Virus record (IMG/VR): IMGVR_UViG_3300003690_003472
Span: 96,001-160,000 of that record
Direction: 5' to 3' (one strand)
Origin: a virus
Length of the DNA: 64,000 bases
Numbering within the stretch: the first letter of the stretch is position 1; the number at the start of each line of letters is the position of its first letter. The notes beneath the pieces are model-generated. The model was not told the origin of the DNA. It ran no database searches and was given only the letters and a program-made list of their open reading frames with translations. The translations under genes and the position numbers were made by a program. Below are positions 44,464-53,450 of the stretch, piece after piece.

Positions 44464-47400
44464 AATACCTTTTGTTGGATTGCATGCACATAGCGGCGTC
44501 GGTTCACCGTTTGATGGGTTGGGATATCCACAGGAACACATGGACTTTGCTTATGAAAATGGCTGTGACGCATTAGCGCTGACAGATCACGGAAACATGA
44601 ATGGTTTAGCATATCAAGTGTTGCATGCTAAAAAAATGCAAGAGGAAAACAAGAACTTTAAACCAATTTTTGGAGTAGAAGCTTATTTCCTTCCAAGCCT
44701 TTCCACGTGGAAAAAAGAATATGATAAAGCAAAAGAAAATAAAAAATCCAAACGTACCTTAGACAACTCTAGGTCTGCTACAACAATTGAAGACGAAGGC
44801 TCATCTAAGAAAGCAGTTAAAAATATTTTAAATCGAAGACGACATTTAATTCTTTTAGCTCAGAATCAAACAGGGCTCAACAATATCTTTAAAATGGTTT
44901 CTAAATCTTTTTCTAAAGCTAGCTTTTATCGTTTTCCGAGAGTAGACTATAAAATATTAAAAAAGCACAATGAAGGCGTTATCGCAGCAAGTGCATGTCT
45001 CGGCGGCATATACGCTGGAGATTATTGGGAAAACAGAGAAAAAGGAATAGAAGCTGTTGTTTGTGCAATGCAAACGACTACACAAAAAATGATGGACATT
45101 TTTGGTGATAGATGGTATGGAGAACTTCAATGGAACAACATTCCAGAACAGCACGAATTAAACAAATATATTATTCAAATGTCAGAAAAATATGGTTTTA
45201 ATTTAATCTCTACTGCCGACAGCCACTACCCTTCACAAACTGCATGGAAAGATAGAGAATTATATAGACGCTTGGGGTGGCTTGGAAAAGGTTCTGCGCC
45301 TTCATGGTTATCTTCCGAACTTCCAATTGGAATTGAAGAGATCGGATATGAACTTTATCCAAAGAATGGCGATCAAATGTGGGAGTCATATAAGACCTAT
45401 TCAGAAGAATGTAAAGTTGAATATGATGATGATCTGGTTTTGGCCTCAATGGAAGAGACATATTATATCGCTCACAGCCGCATAGAGGCGTTTTTACCGG
45501 ACAATACAGTGCGCCTCCCAGACTTTGTAGTCCCACCCGGGTTTACGGCCTCACAAACGCTCTCACAGCTTTGTTTTGAGGGCTTGCGAACATTAAAACT
45601 TCATACAAATGAAGAATATACTGATAGACTTAAGAAAGAACTAGTTGTTATTGATGATAGAGGGTTTAGTAAATACTTCCTTACAATGAACGCAATTGTA
45701 GATAAAGCGAATTCAGTACAATTAACTGGTCCTGGTCGAGGTTCTGCGGCGGGCTCATTGGTGGCATACGTGCTTGGAATTACACAAATTAATCCTATCA
45801 AATATAACCTTCTATTTTCTCGCTTTTTGCGTAAAGATGCAAAAGATTATCCCGATATTGATTATGATGTATCAGACCCAATGGAACTTAAAGAAATGTT
45901 AATTGAAGAATGGGGCGGCGATAAAGTTGTTCCTATTTCAAACTTTAACACATTACAGCTTCGTTCACTAGTAAAGGATATTTCAAAATTTTATGAAATT
46001 CCATTTACAGAAGTTAACACTGTAACTTCTAGAATGTTAAAAGAGGCAACACCGCTAGCTAAGAAAAAACACGGTATTAAGTCGGGAGTTTACAGTCCAA
46101 CATTTGAAGAAGTAATGGAGTTTTCAGAATCTCTCAAGAATTTTCTTGATAAATATCCGCATGTTGCAAACCACATTAATGTTTTGTATGGGCAAATGCG
46201 CTCCGTTTCTCGCCATGCTGGTGGAGTTGTCATTGGTAAGGAACTGAATAAGTATATGCCATTGATTAATAGCGGAGGTGTTACACAAACTCCATGGTCT
46301 GAAGGCCAAAACGTTAGGCACTTAGAATTGATGGGTTTCATTAAATTTGATATTCTTGGGCTGTCGACATTAAAGATGATTGAGGGTGCGATTGGACACA
46401 TTCTTAAGCGACATCATAATATTCCGAATCCTACTTTTAAGGATGTTAAAAATTATTATGATGAAAACCTTCACCCAGAAAAGATTGATTTAAATGACCA
46501 AAAAGTTTATGAGAATATTTTTCATAAAGGTAAGTGGGCAGGAATATTTCAGTTTACAGAAGAAGGCTCTCAAAAATTTTGTAGAAAAGCAAAGCCTCGA
46601 AACATAATTGATGTTGCAGCAATTACTTCTATTTATAGACCTGGGCCTTTAGGAGCAGATGTTGATAAGCTTTATGTAAGGTCCAAGAAAAACCCTGAAG
46701 ACATAGTTTATGAACATGAGCTAGTAAAAGAACTTACAAAAGAAACTTATGGTTTTCTCATTTTTCAAGAACAGATTGCATTGCTCGCTCATAAGCTAGG
46801 TAAAGATATTAGTTTGGACGAGGGCAATAAACTTCGCAAGCTTTTAACTAAAAAGGGAACTGGAGAAGTAGCAAAAGAAAAGTTAAAAATTAAAGAAAAG
46901 TTTATTACTGGGTGCATTGAAAAAGATTTGACAAAAGATTGGGCAAATAAAATGTGGAAAAAGTTTGAATACTTTTCAGGATATGGTTTTAATAAATCGC
47001 ATGCTGTTTCTTATTCTATTATTTCATATCAATGTGCGTGGTTGTTCAACTATTATCCTGCCGAATGGATGGCAGCATTTCTGGACAAAGAACCGGAAAC
47101 TAGAAAAGAAAAAGCAATTAACTTAGCAAAAAAGTTTAAGTTTAAAATTAAACCTGTTAATGTTAATAATTCTGGTGTTGTGTGGGAAATCGCACAAGAC
47201 AATAAGACTTTAATCCAACCCCTGACTTCATTAAAGGGTTTGGGAGAGAAAGCAATCGAACAAATTATTAACAATAGACCTTTTGATATTATTGAAGATT
47301 TTCTCTTTAATGATAATATTATATATAGCAAATTAAACAAAAAGGCTTTGGATGTTTTAGTAAGAAGTGGCGCCCTGAATGACCTAGTAGACGATAGATT

Positions 47401-47878
47401 CACGGGCCTTAAACATTTTTGGTCTGCTACTGTTGTAGATAGGCCAAAAAGCTTAAAGAAACTTGAAGAGAATATTGAATTATATTTACCCGAAGAAGAG
47501 TTTAATGATGAAGAAAAAATTAATAATCTTGTTTCTCTCACTGGTATCTTTCCAATGGATTTAGTTTTGGATAGCTCTGTTATGAATAGACTTGATTTTT
47601 ATAAGGTTCCTCCAATTGGAGAGTGGGACGATGATTTGGGAGTAGCATGGTTTATTCCAAGAGAAATTATTTCAAAGAAAACTAAGAATGGTAAAACGTA
47701 TTGGATTCTCAAAGTAATTGATAATACCTCAACCGTAACTTCAATTAAATGCTGGGGCGTTAATCCAGAGCGAGATGAAATATATGTAAATCGCCCTTAC
47801 ATGAGTAAATTAGACTATGATGAACAGTGGGGATTTAGTACTCGATCTATAAAGTATAACTTTAGAATGTTAGCATAA
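44453..47878 (+). CDS. dnaE: DNA polymerase III alpha subunit (family C)
   Basis: PHP motifs LHAHS, LTDHG, GVEAY, TADSHY. GPGRGSAAGSLVAY, catalytic PDIDYD, SRHAGG, FIKFDILGL, YGFNKSHA. Confidence 0.95.
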   Translation: MKSKIPFVGLHAHSGVGSPFDGLGYPQEHMDFAYENGCDALALTDHGNMNGLAYQVLHAKKMQEENKNFKPIFGVEAYFLPSLSTWKKEYDKAKENKKSKRTLDNSRSATTIEDEGSSKKAVKNILNRRRHLILLAQNQTGLNNIFKMVSKSFSKASFYRFPRVDYKILKKHNEGVIAASACLGGIYAGDYWENREKGIEAVVCAMQTTTQKMMDIFGDRWYGELQWNNIPEQHELNKYIIQMSEKYGFNLISTADSHYPSQTAWKDRELYRRLGWLGKGSAPSWLSSELPIGIEEIGYELYPKNGDQMWESYKTYSEECKVEYDDDLVLASMEETYYIAHSRIEAFLPDNTVRLPDFVVPPGFTASQTLSQLCFEGLRTLKLHTNEEYTDRLKKELVVIDDRGFSKYFLTMNAIVDKANSVQLTGPGRGSAAGSLVAYVLGITQINPIKYNLLFSRFLRKDAKDYPDIDYDVSDPMELKEMLIEEWGGDKVVPISNFNTLQLRSLVKDISKFYEIPFTEVNTVTSRMLKEATPLAKKKHGIKSGVYSPTFEEVMEFSESLKNFLDKYPHVANHINVLYGQMRSVSRHAGGVVIGKELNKYMPLINSGGVTQTPWSEGQNVRHLELMGFIKFDILGLSTLKMIEGAIGHILKRHHNIPNPTFKDVKNYYDENLHPEKIDLNDQKVYENIFHKGKWAGIFQFTEEGSQKFCRKAKPRNIIDVAAITSIYRPGPLGADVDKLYVRSKKNPEDIVYEHELVKELTKETYGFLIFQEQIALLAHKLGKDISLDEGNKLRKLLTKKGTGEVAKEKLKIKEKFITGCIEKDLTKDWANKMWKKFEYFSGYGFNKSHAVSYSIISYQCAWLFNYYPAEWMAAFLDKEPETRKEKAINLAKKFKFKIKPVNVNNSGVVWEIAQDNKTLIQPLTSLKGLGEKAIEQIINNRPFDIIEDFLFNDNIIYSKLNKKALDVLVRSGALNDLVDDRFTGLKHFWSATVVDRPKSLKKLEENIELYLPEEEFNDEEKINNLVSLTGIFPMDLVLDSSVMNRLDFYKVPPIGEWDDDLGVAWFIPREIISKKTKNGKTYWILKVIDNTSTVTSIKCWGVNPERDEIYVNRPYMSKLDYDEQWGFSTRSIKYNFRMLA

Positions 47879-47881
47879 AAG

Positions 47882-48346
47882 ATGAATTTAAAAGTATTTA
47901 AAATACGTCCAGATGCAAAGTTGCCAGTACGAGCACACAAAACTGATGCTGGAATTGATCTGTTTTATTGTCCAAATGAAGAAAGGAAACTTTATGACAC
48001 GAAAAGCTTTTTCATTCCCCCTAGAGAATCTAGAATACTTCCCACTGGGATAAAAATAGAAGTACCACACGGGCATATGTTAGAGATTAAAAATAAATCA
48101 GGAATTGCTTTAAAAAAACAACTTTTAGTGGGAGCATGCGTGGTTGATTCTGGATATAATGGAGAAATATATATAAATCTTCACAATGTTGGAAGCGAAA
48201 CACAAGTATTTATACCGGGCGATAAAATTGCGCAAGCAGTTTTAATCCCTGTTGTTTCTTGTGGAATAGAAGAAACATATGAAGATAACTTAAACAAAGG
48301 AACAATCCGCGGTGATGGCGGTTTTGGTTCTACAGGAGATAAATAA
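47882..48346 (+). CDS. dut: dUTPase
   Basis: AGIDL, KSG, VVDSGYNGEI, GDKIAQ, RGDGGFGSTG. Confidence 0.95.
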   Translation: MNLKVFKIRPDAKLPVRAHKTDAGIDLFYCPNEERKLYDTKSFFIPPRESRILPTGIKIEVPHGHMLEIKNKSGIALKKQLLVGACVVDSGYNGEIYINLHNVGSETQVFIPGDKIAQAVLIPVVSCGIEETYEDNLNKGTIRGDGGFGSTGDK

Positions 48347-49206
48347 TGAGTTTATTATATAAAAATGGAGATAAAGGCCAAGAAGTAAAAAGGGTTCAAA
48401 GAGCTATTGGCGGCATTGCTATTGATGGTGATTTTGGACCAAAAACAGAAAAAGCTGTACGAGATTATCAGCAAACTAATTCGTTAGGAGTTGATGGTGT
48501 AGTTGGACCAGCCACTAGAAAGTCTTTAGAAATTAATATTTATGCTGGTATAGATGTCAGTGGTTGGAACGGCAATGTTCCATGGGGAAATGTTGATAAA
48601 AAACAAGTAGAATTTGTTTGGGCAAAAATGTCGCAAGGTCGAGATTGGTACGATAAAACCAGATTTCACAACTTAGAAGGTTGCCGATCTAATGATATTC
48701 CCATTGGTGGCTACCACTTTCCTTCACCTCATTTGGGAGCTAGAAGCACAGATCCTCAGAAAGAAGTACAATGTTTTATTAAGGCTTTGGGAAAAATTGA
48801 AGAAGGAGATATGATTCCTGTGCTTGATCTAGAGGCGGGAAAGAAAAAGGATCCTGAATTTAATCGTCAATGGGCTTTAGAGTGGCTACGAGAGTTTGAA
48901 AACGAAACTGGAATTCGATGTGCCATTTATACTGCGCGCTGGTTTGTGCGCGGATATTTAGGTCGCAATGTAAAGGGACTAACTGACTATCCTTTGTGGG
49001 TAGCAGACTATACAAAACCTTATAATAAAGGTGGACGCAACGAACCAGATGATTTGTGCGGCTGGGATGAGTGGGCAGTTTGGCAGTGGACTAGTAAAGG
49101 TCAAATTAAAGGTTTAGATCAAACTGGAATCCGCAAATGTGATCGCAATTGGCTTGTTGGTGGCGCTGAAAGTTTCAAAAAAATGCAAGTCTGTAAAAAT
49201 CATTAA
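48346..49206 (+). CDS. Endolysin: PG_binding_1 plus GH25 muramidase
   Basis: DGDFGPKTEKAV...DGVVGPAT, then GIDVSGWNG, YHF, PVLDLE, LWVADY, WQWTSKG. Confidence 0.92.
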   Translation: MSLLYKNGDKGQEVKRVQRAIGGIAIDGDFGPKTEKAVRDYQQTNSLGVDGVVGPATRKSLEINIYAGIDVSGWNGNVPWGNVDKKQVEFVWAKMSQGRDWYDKTRFHNLEGCRSNDIPIGGYHFPSPHLGARSTDPQKEVQCFIKALGKIEEGDMIPVLDLEAGKKKDPEFNRQWALEWLREFENETGIRCAIYTARWFVRGYLGRNVKGLTDYPLWVADYTKPYNKGGRNEPDDLCGWDEWAVWQWTSKGQIKGLDQTGIRKCDRNWLVGGAESFKKMQVCKNH

Positions 49207-49215
49207 AGAGGATTT

Positions 49216-49506
49216 ATGAGTAGTTTAGAAAGAAAACTTAAAAGAAAAAATAAAAAATCTGTTAAAAAAGAATTAGCTAAAAAAGTTAAATTAATGGGTT
49301 CCCTCTCAGATAAGTGCTTGACATGTGAAAAGTCATTTGATAAAATGAACAAAGAACAGGTTAAAACTTGGAATGTAGTTGTACGCCAAGAAGAAGGCAT
49401 CGTTCGTCTTTACTGCCCCCTTTGTTGGGATAAAGCAATAAATGTTTTACAAGACTTTAGAAAGCACATAGAAGAAAGGGGAACAAGAAAAGAAACAGAT
49501 GACTGA
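49216..49506 (+). CDS. Hypothetical Zn-finger-like protein
   Basis: CLTC and CPLC pairs. Confidence 0.55.
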   Translation: MSSLERKLKRKNKKSVKKELAKKVKLMGSLSDKCLTCEKSFDKMNKEQVKTWNVVVRQEEGIVRLYCPLCWDKAINVLQDFRKHIEERGTRKETDD

Positions 49507-49744
49507 TGAAATTAATCGTCCAAAACATTACAATATAAATTGGGCGGGCGAACAAGCTATAGAAACGTTTGAATATATTAAGTCTTGGAAGATGGGCTAT
49601 GCAGAGGGAAATGTAATTAAGTATGTTTCTAGACATAAATATAAAGGGAAAGCCCTTCAAGATCTTAAAAAGGCCAGTTGGTACATAAATAAAATGATTG
49701 AAGAATTGGAGAAAGATGAAACTAAAAGAAACACTAACATATGA
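49499..49744 (+). CDS. DUF3310 family protein
   Basis: INRPKHY, EGNVIKYVSR...KG...DLKKASWY. Confidence 0.85.
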   Translation: MTDEINRPKHYNINWAGEQAIETFEYIKSWKMGYAEGNVIKYVSRHKYKGKALQDLKKASWYINKMIEELEKDETKRNTNI

Positions 49745-50738
49745 CGACGTACTGCTCGTCCCACAGTATTCAGATATTGAAAGCAGAAAAGAAATTAATT
49801 TGTCAGTAAAGCTTAGTAATGATATTGTTTTAAATTATCCAATAATCTCAAGCCCAATGGATACCGTTACAGGATTAGCTATGGCCGTAGCAATGTGTCA
49901 AACGGGCGGATTAGGGATTATACACAGATATAATTCAATTGAAGAACAATTTCGTTTGGTTCTTGACGCAGATGACCGTGGAGCGCATAATATTGGCGCT
50001 GCAGTTGGAGTTGTAGGAGATTTCGAAGAACGTGCTTGTGCTTTGCATGATGCTGGTGCTAATGTTATTTGCATTGATGTTGCACACGGTCATCACACAT
50101 TAGTAAAACACGCCATTGAAAAGTTAAAAAACATTTTTGATAACGAGGTACATGTTATGGCAGGAAACATAGCAACAAAAGAAGGTTATATTGCTCTTTC
50201 TCAATGGGGGGCCGATTCCATACGTTGTAATGTCGGCGGCGGTTCAATATGTTCCACCAGAATTCAAACGGGCCATGGTGTACCTGGCTTACATACCATA
50301 TTTGAATGTGCTTCTGTAAAAAATGGACGTGCAAAAATAATTGCTGATGGAGGGATCAGAAGTTCCGGCGATGCAGTAAAAGCGTTAGCTGCTGGTGCTG
50401 ATTTTGTTATGTTGGGTTCGTTGTTGGCCGGTACAAACGAAGCTCCAGGAGAAAAGATAATTACTCTTGGAGGAATCAAAAAACAATATAGAGGAATGGC
50501 CAGCAAAGACGCACAGATTGACTGGAAAGGAGATTACTCTTCAAACGAAGGTGTCTCTACGACAATTCCATATAAGGGTGCACTTGAGCACGTAATGGAT
50601 GATTTACTTCGCGGCCTAAGATCGGGACTTTCTTATTCTGGAGTTAGAAACATTAAAGAACTTCAAGAAAATGCAATTTTTATAAAACAAACTGCTGCGG
50701 CCAATATAGAAAGTGGCACACATATATTAAAGAAATAA
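49716..50738 (+). CDS. IMP dehydrogenase/GMP reductase family protein (no CBS domains)
   Basis: LTYDDVLLVP, SSPMDTV, IDVAHGH, AGNIAT, GGSICSTR (catalytic Cys), IADGGI, YRGMAS, EGVS. Confidence 0.9.
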   Translation: MKLKETLTYDDVLLVPQYSDIESRKEINLSVKLSNDIVLNYPIISSPMDTVTGLAMAVAMCQTGGLGIIHRYNSIEEQFRLVLDADDRGAHNIGAAVGVVGDFEERACALHDAGANVICIDVAHGHHTLVKHAIEKLKNIFDNEVHVMAGNIATKEGYIALSQWGADSIRCNVGGGSICSTRIQTGHGVPGLHTIFECASVKNGRAKIIADGGIRSSGDAVKALAAGADFVMLGSLLAGTNEAPGEKIITLGGIKKQYRGMASKDAQIDWKGDYSSNEGVSTTIPYKGALEHVMDDLLRGLRSGLSYSGVRNIKELQENAIFIKQTAAANIESGTHILKK

Positions 50739-50741
50739 ATT

Positions 50742-51068
50742 ATGTCTGATTATGGAATAAATAAAAAACAAATATGCTTTGATAGTACAGCCAAACTGCA
50801 TGCAGAATTAAAAATACGTTTACATTACGATGAAATTAAAATTAGAGATTTTTTCAATGAAACCATAAAAGCCTATCTTGAAAAGGATGAAAATATAATT
50901 AATTTTATTGAAAAAATAAAAGAAAAAAAGAATATATCTAAAACTCGTCGTAATAAAATTAAAAAAGCAAATAAAAAACAAAAAAATACGATCAAAAAAT
51001 TCAGCTTAGATAAAGGCGACATTGAAGATATTTTTGATATTTTACAAAAGGAGCATCCAGATTTATGA
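50742..51068 (+). CDS. Putative ribbon-helix-helix DNA-binding protein
   Basis: KQICFDSTAKLHAELKIRL...IRDFFNETIKAYL strand-helix-helix pattern. Confidence 0.45.
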   Translation: MSDYGINKKQICFDSTAKLHAELKIRLHYDEIKIRDFFNETIKAYLEKDENIINFIEKIKEKKNISKTRRNKIKKANKKQKNTIKKFSLDKGDIEDIFDILQKEHPDL

Positions 51069-51304
51069 AAAAATGTTTAAAAAAGTGTATATTAAAAGAT
51101 GAAAATTGTAACGAGAAAGAGTGTAGATCTTGGATTGATTATGGAGAAGACTTTAATTGTGCTTTGTGTTCTGTACACAAACATGGAAACCTAACCTTAA
51201 ACCAAGTTGCAAATCGGCTTGGCTTAAGTATTGTGCGTATTAAGCAAATACAAGACAAAGCCATAGAAAAATTACAAAAAAAGAGACGTTTAAAGGCTTT
51301 ATAA
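51065..51304 (+). CDS. Stand-alone sigma70 region-4 HTH protein with a Cys-rich N-terminus
   Basis: LTLNQVANRLGLSIVRIKQIQDKAIEKL aligns without gaps to sigma70 572-598. Six Cys in the first 35 aa. Confidence 0.8.
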   Translation: MKKCLKKCILKDENCNEKECRSWIDYGEDFNCALCSVHKHGNLTLNQVANRLGLSIVRIKQIQDKAIEKLQKKRRLKAL

Positions 51305-51311
51305 CTATTTA
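51304..51311 (+). promoter_or_regulatory. Candidate late promoter ACTATTTA
   Basis: Recurrent motif before ATG 51367. Confidence 0.55.
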
Positions 51312-51366
51312 CTATAAGAAGCGCCAGGAGTGCTGGCCATAGCTTATTAAATCAAGGAGAAAGATA

Positions 51367-52044
51367 ATGAGTAAAAAAAACTTATTGAATGAAGGTACCA
51401 TCCGTCGTTTCATGAAGTTGGCCGGTACAGATGTATTAGTTAGTGATTTTTTGGCCGAAGAAAATAAAGGCCATGGACCTGGCAAAGAGGTTAAACCTGG
51501 AGCAAATGTTGTTCCCTCTTCAGGCCAACTAAAAGAAACAGAAGAATTAGAAGAAGGCGAAGAAGTTGTAACAGAACAAGAAGAAGAACTTGCAGCTGGC
51601 CCTGAAGAATTGGGCGCCGAAGAAGATCTAGGTCTTGATTTAGAAGTACCCGAGGATGAAGAAGCAGAGCCCGAGGAAGAGACTTCTGTTGAAGAGTTTG
51701 CACGTGACGTACTCGACGCTATTAAGGATGTTGCCGGGGAACACGGTGTTGATATGGAAGTAGAAGAGATGCCGCCAGAAGAATTAGATGTTGGCGAACT
51801 GGAGCCCGAAGAAGAAGGTGAAGGCTTGGAACTTGGCGGAGAGGAAACCGGAGAAATTGGCGGCGAAGAAGCACCTGAAGAACTTGAAGAACTTGAAGAA
51901 GTTAATTATATTGATGATGCCGCACTCATGCAAGAAGTTTATAATCGAGTAACAAAACGAATTCTTCGCAAAAAAAAGACAGATGATATGGCAGCTACTT
52001 TGGCAGAGAAAATTAGCCAACGTCTCAGTAAAACAAAACAATAA
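51367..52044 (+). CDS. Highly acidic protein (putative internal head/scaffold-like)
   Basis: LLNE followed by RRFMKLAG, Glu-rich body, late motif upstream. Confidence 0.6.
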   Translation: MSKKNLLNEGTIRRFMKLAGTDVLVSDFLAEENKGHGPGKEVKPGANVVPSSGQLKETEELEEGEEVVTEQEEELAAGPEELGAEEDLGLDLEVPEDEEAEPEEETSVEEFARDVLDAIKDVAGEHGVDMEVEEMPPEELDVGELEPEEEGEGLELGGEETGEIGGEEAPEELEELEEVNYIDDAALMQEVYNRVTKRILRKKKTDDMAATLAEKISQRLSKTKQ

Positions 52045-52059
52045 CCTCAAGAGGCTTAA

Positions 52060-52446
52060 ATGTATGAATTCGCATGGTTTGTCGGCGGCGCGCTAGCCTA
52101 TAGGCTCCTTTCTAAAATATTTGGTATTAGTCAAGTTGCAATTGTTTTTCAAAATTTACAATATAATATTTTAACACTTCTAGCTACAGTAACAGAAGAT
52201 GTTTCTTATATTAAAGCTTTAAAATACAAAACAATGGCAGAATCCCAAATAGATCCAAACATAATCAAACAAAGTAAACTAACTGATGAGCAATTTTTCG
52301 AAGAATGGCAGAAAAATTGTCTTAGCAATATTTGTTCTTCTATGCCTATTTATGTTAAGCTTTCTTTCGATAGTTGGAAAGAAGGAATGGATCTTTTAAG
52401 TAAACACTACAGGGATCGCCTGCATGAACAAGAAAAAGAAAAATAA
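52060..52446 (+). CDS. Hypothetical protein with an N-terminal hydrophobic segment
   Basis: GAGG RBS, 128 aa. Confidence 0.5.
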   Translation: MYEFAWFVGGALAYRLLSKIFGISQVAIVFQNLQYNILTLLATVTEDVSYIKALKYKTMAESQIDPNIIKQSKLTDEQFFEEWQKNCLSNICSSMPIYVKLSFDSWKEGMDLLSKHYRDRLHEQEKEK

Positions 52447-52741
52447 TTTATTAAACTGGCTCTTTCATGAGGGTGCAATACAAAAAAAAGAAAATGTTTA
52501 TATTGCTGATCGCGCATTTTTAGCTAATGCATTTATAAACTGGATTAGAGATGAAGTAAAAAATAAAAACTTAAATCCTGAAGATATAGAAAAAAAAATG
52601 AATATATTAAGGCTTTTTTTAAAAAAAGAAATTGATTTGAAATGGAACGATAATGCAACCCAGATTATTGAGACACCTTCTTCTAAAAAAAGAAAAAATA
52701 GAGAAATAGAAAACTATAAAACAAACAAGGACGTTGTATGA
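52424..52741 (+). CDS. Hypothetical protein
   Basis: Overlapping operon-style ORF. Confidence 0.45.
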   Translation: MNKKKKNNLLNWLFHEGAIQKKENVYIADRAFLANAFINWIRDEVKNKNLNPEDIEKKMNILRLFLKKEIDLKWNDNATQIIETPSSKKRKNREIENYKTNKDVV

Positions 52742-53394
52742 AGTTTATAAAAAAAAACAAATCAAGCAACAAGGAAAAAGAAGAAGAAGTTACATCATTA
52801 ATATTTGTTGACAGTACTAAAGAAGAATGTAAAGTTCGTTTAATAAACCTTTTTGGTACCATTGATGATGAAAAAGCCGAAGAATTAATCCAATCATTAT
52901 TTATTTTACATAAATGTGGTAAAGAAAATATCTTAGAAGATCCCGAAGATTACAATTCTGCAATTAAAGAAACTATTTATAAACCAATTGATTTTTATAT
53001 ATCTACTTGGGGTGGATGTGCGCGCGGCATGTTCGCTATTTATGATGCGATGAGGGCAGTAAGACAAGATTGTGAGATAATCACATATGGTTTGGGAAAA
53101 GTAATGTCTGCTGGTATTTTACTTCTTGCAGCCGGTACAAAAGGAAAAAGAAAGATTGGCAAAAATTGCCGCATTATGCTTCACAGTGTACGAGCAGAGC
53201 AATGGGGAGCCATCCACAACCTTGAAAACGAAATGGAAGAAACACAATGGCTACAAAAACAGCATATTAATGCTCTTATACAAGAGTCGGATATGACGCA
53301 AAGACATTTAAAAAAATTACTCGATAGAAAAGTAAATGTTTACTTGAACGCACAACAAGCGGTTGAATATGGAATCGCAGATATAATAGTTTAA
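52738..53394 (+). CDS. clpP: ClpP-family protease subunit (catalytic Asp replaced by Asn)
   Basis: YISTWGG, AIYDAM, GKVMSAG (Ser), KGKR, IMLHS (His), AQQAVEYGIAD. Confidence 0.88.
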   Translation: MKFIKKNKSSNKEKEEEVTSLIFVDSTKEECKVRLINLFGTIDDEKAEELIQSLFILHKCGKENILEDPEDYNSAIKETIYKPIDFYISTWGGCARGMFAIYDAMRAVRQDCEIITYGLGKVMSAGILLLAAGTKGKRKIGKNCRIMLHSVRAEQWGAIHNLENEMEETQWLQKQHINALIQESDMTQRHLKKLLDRKVNVYLNAQQAVEYGIADIIV

Positions 53395-53437
53395 AAGCCA
53401 AAATGTGGATTAGGATAGGTATTGTAAGAGTTTAAGG

Positions 53438-53445
53438 ACTAATTA
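53438..53445 (+). promoter_or_regulatory. Candidate late promoter ACTAATTA (leaderless context)
   Basis: 5 nt before ATG 53451. Confidence 0.55.
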
Positions 53446-53450
53446 TAAAT

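Noticed and set aside
37871-47878. Inteins or introns in the helicase, NrdJ and DnaE
   Set aside because: Lengths are normal, motifs are contiguous, and no C...HN or LAGLIDADG blocks were seen.
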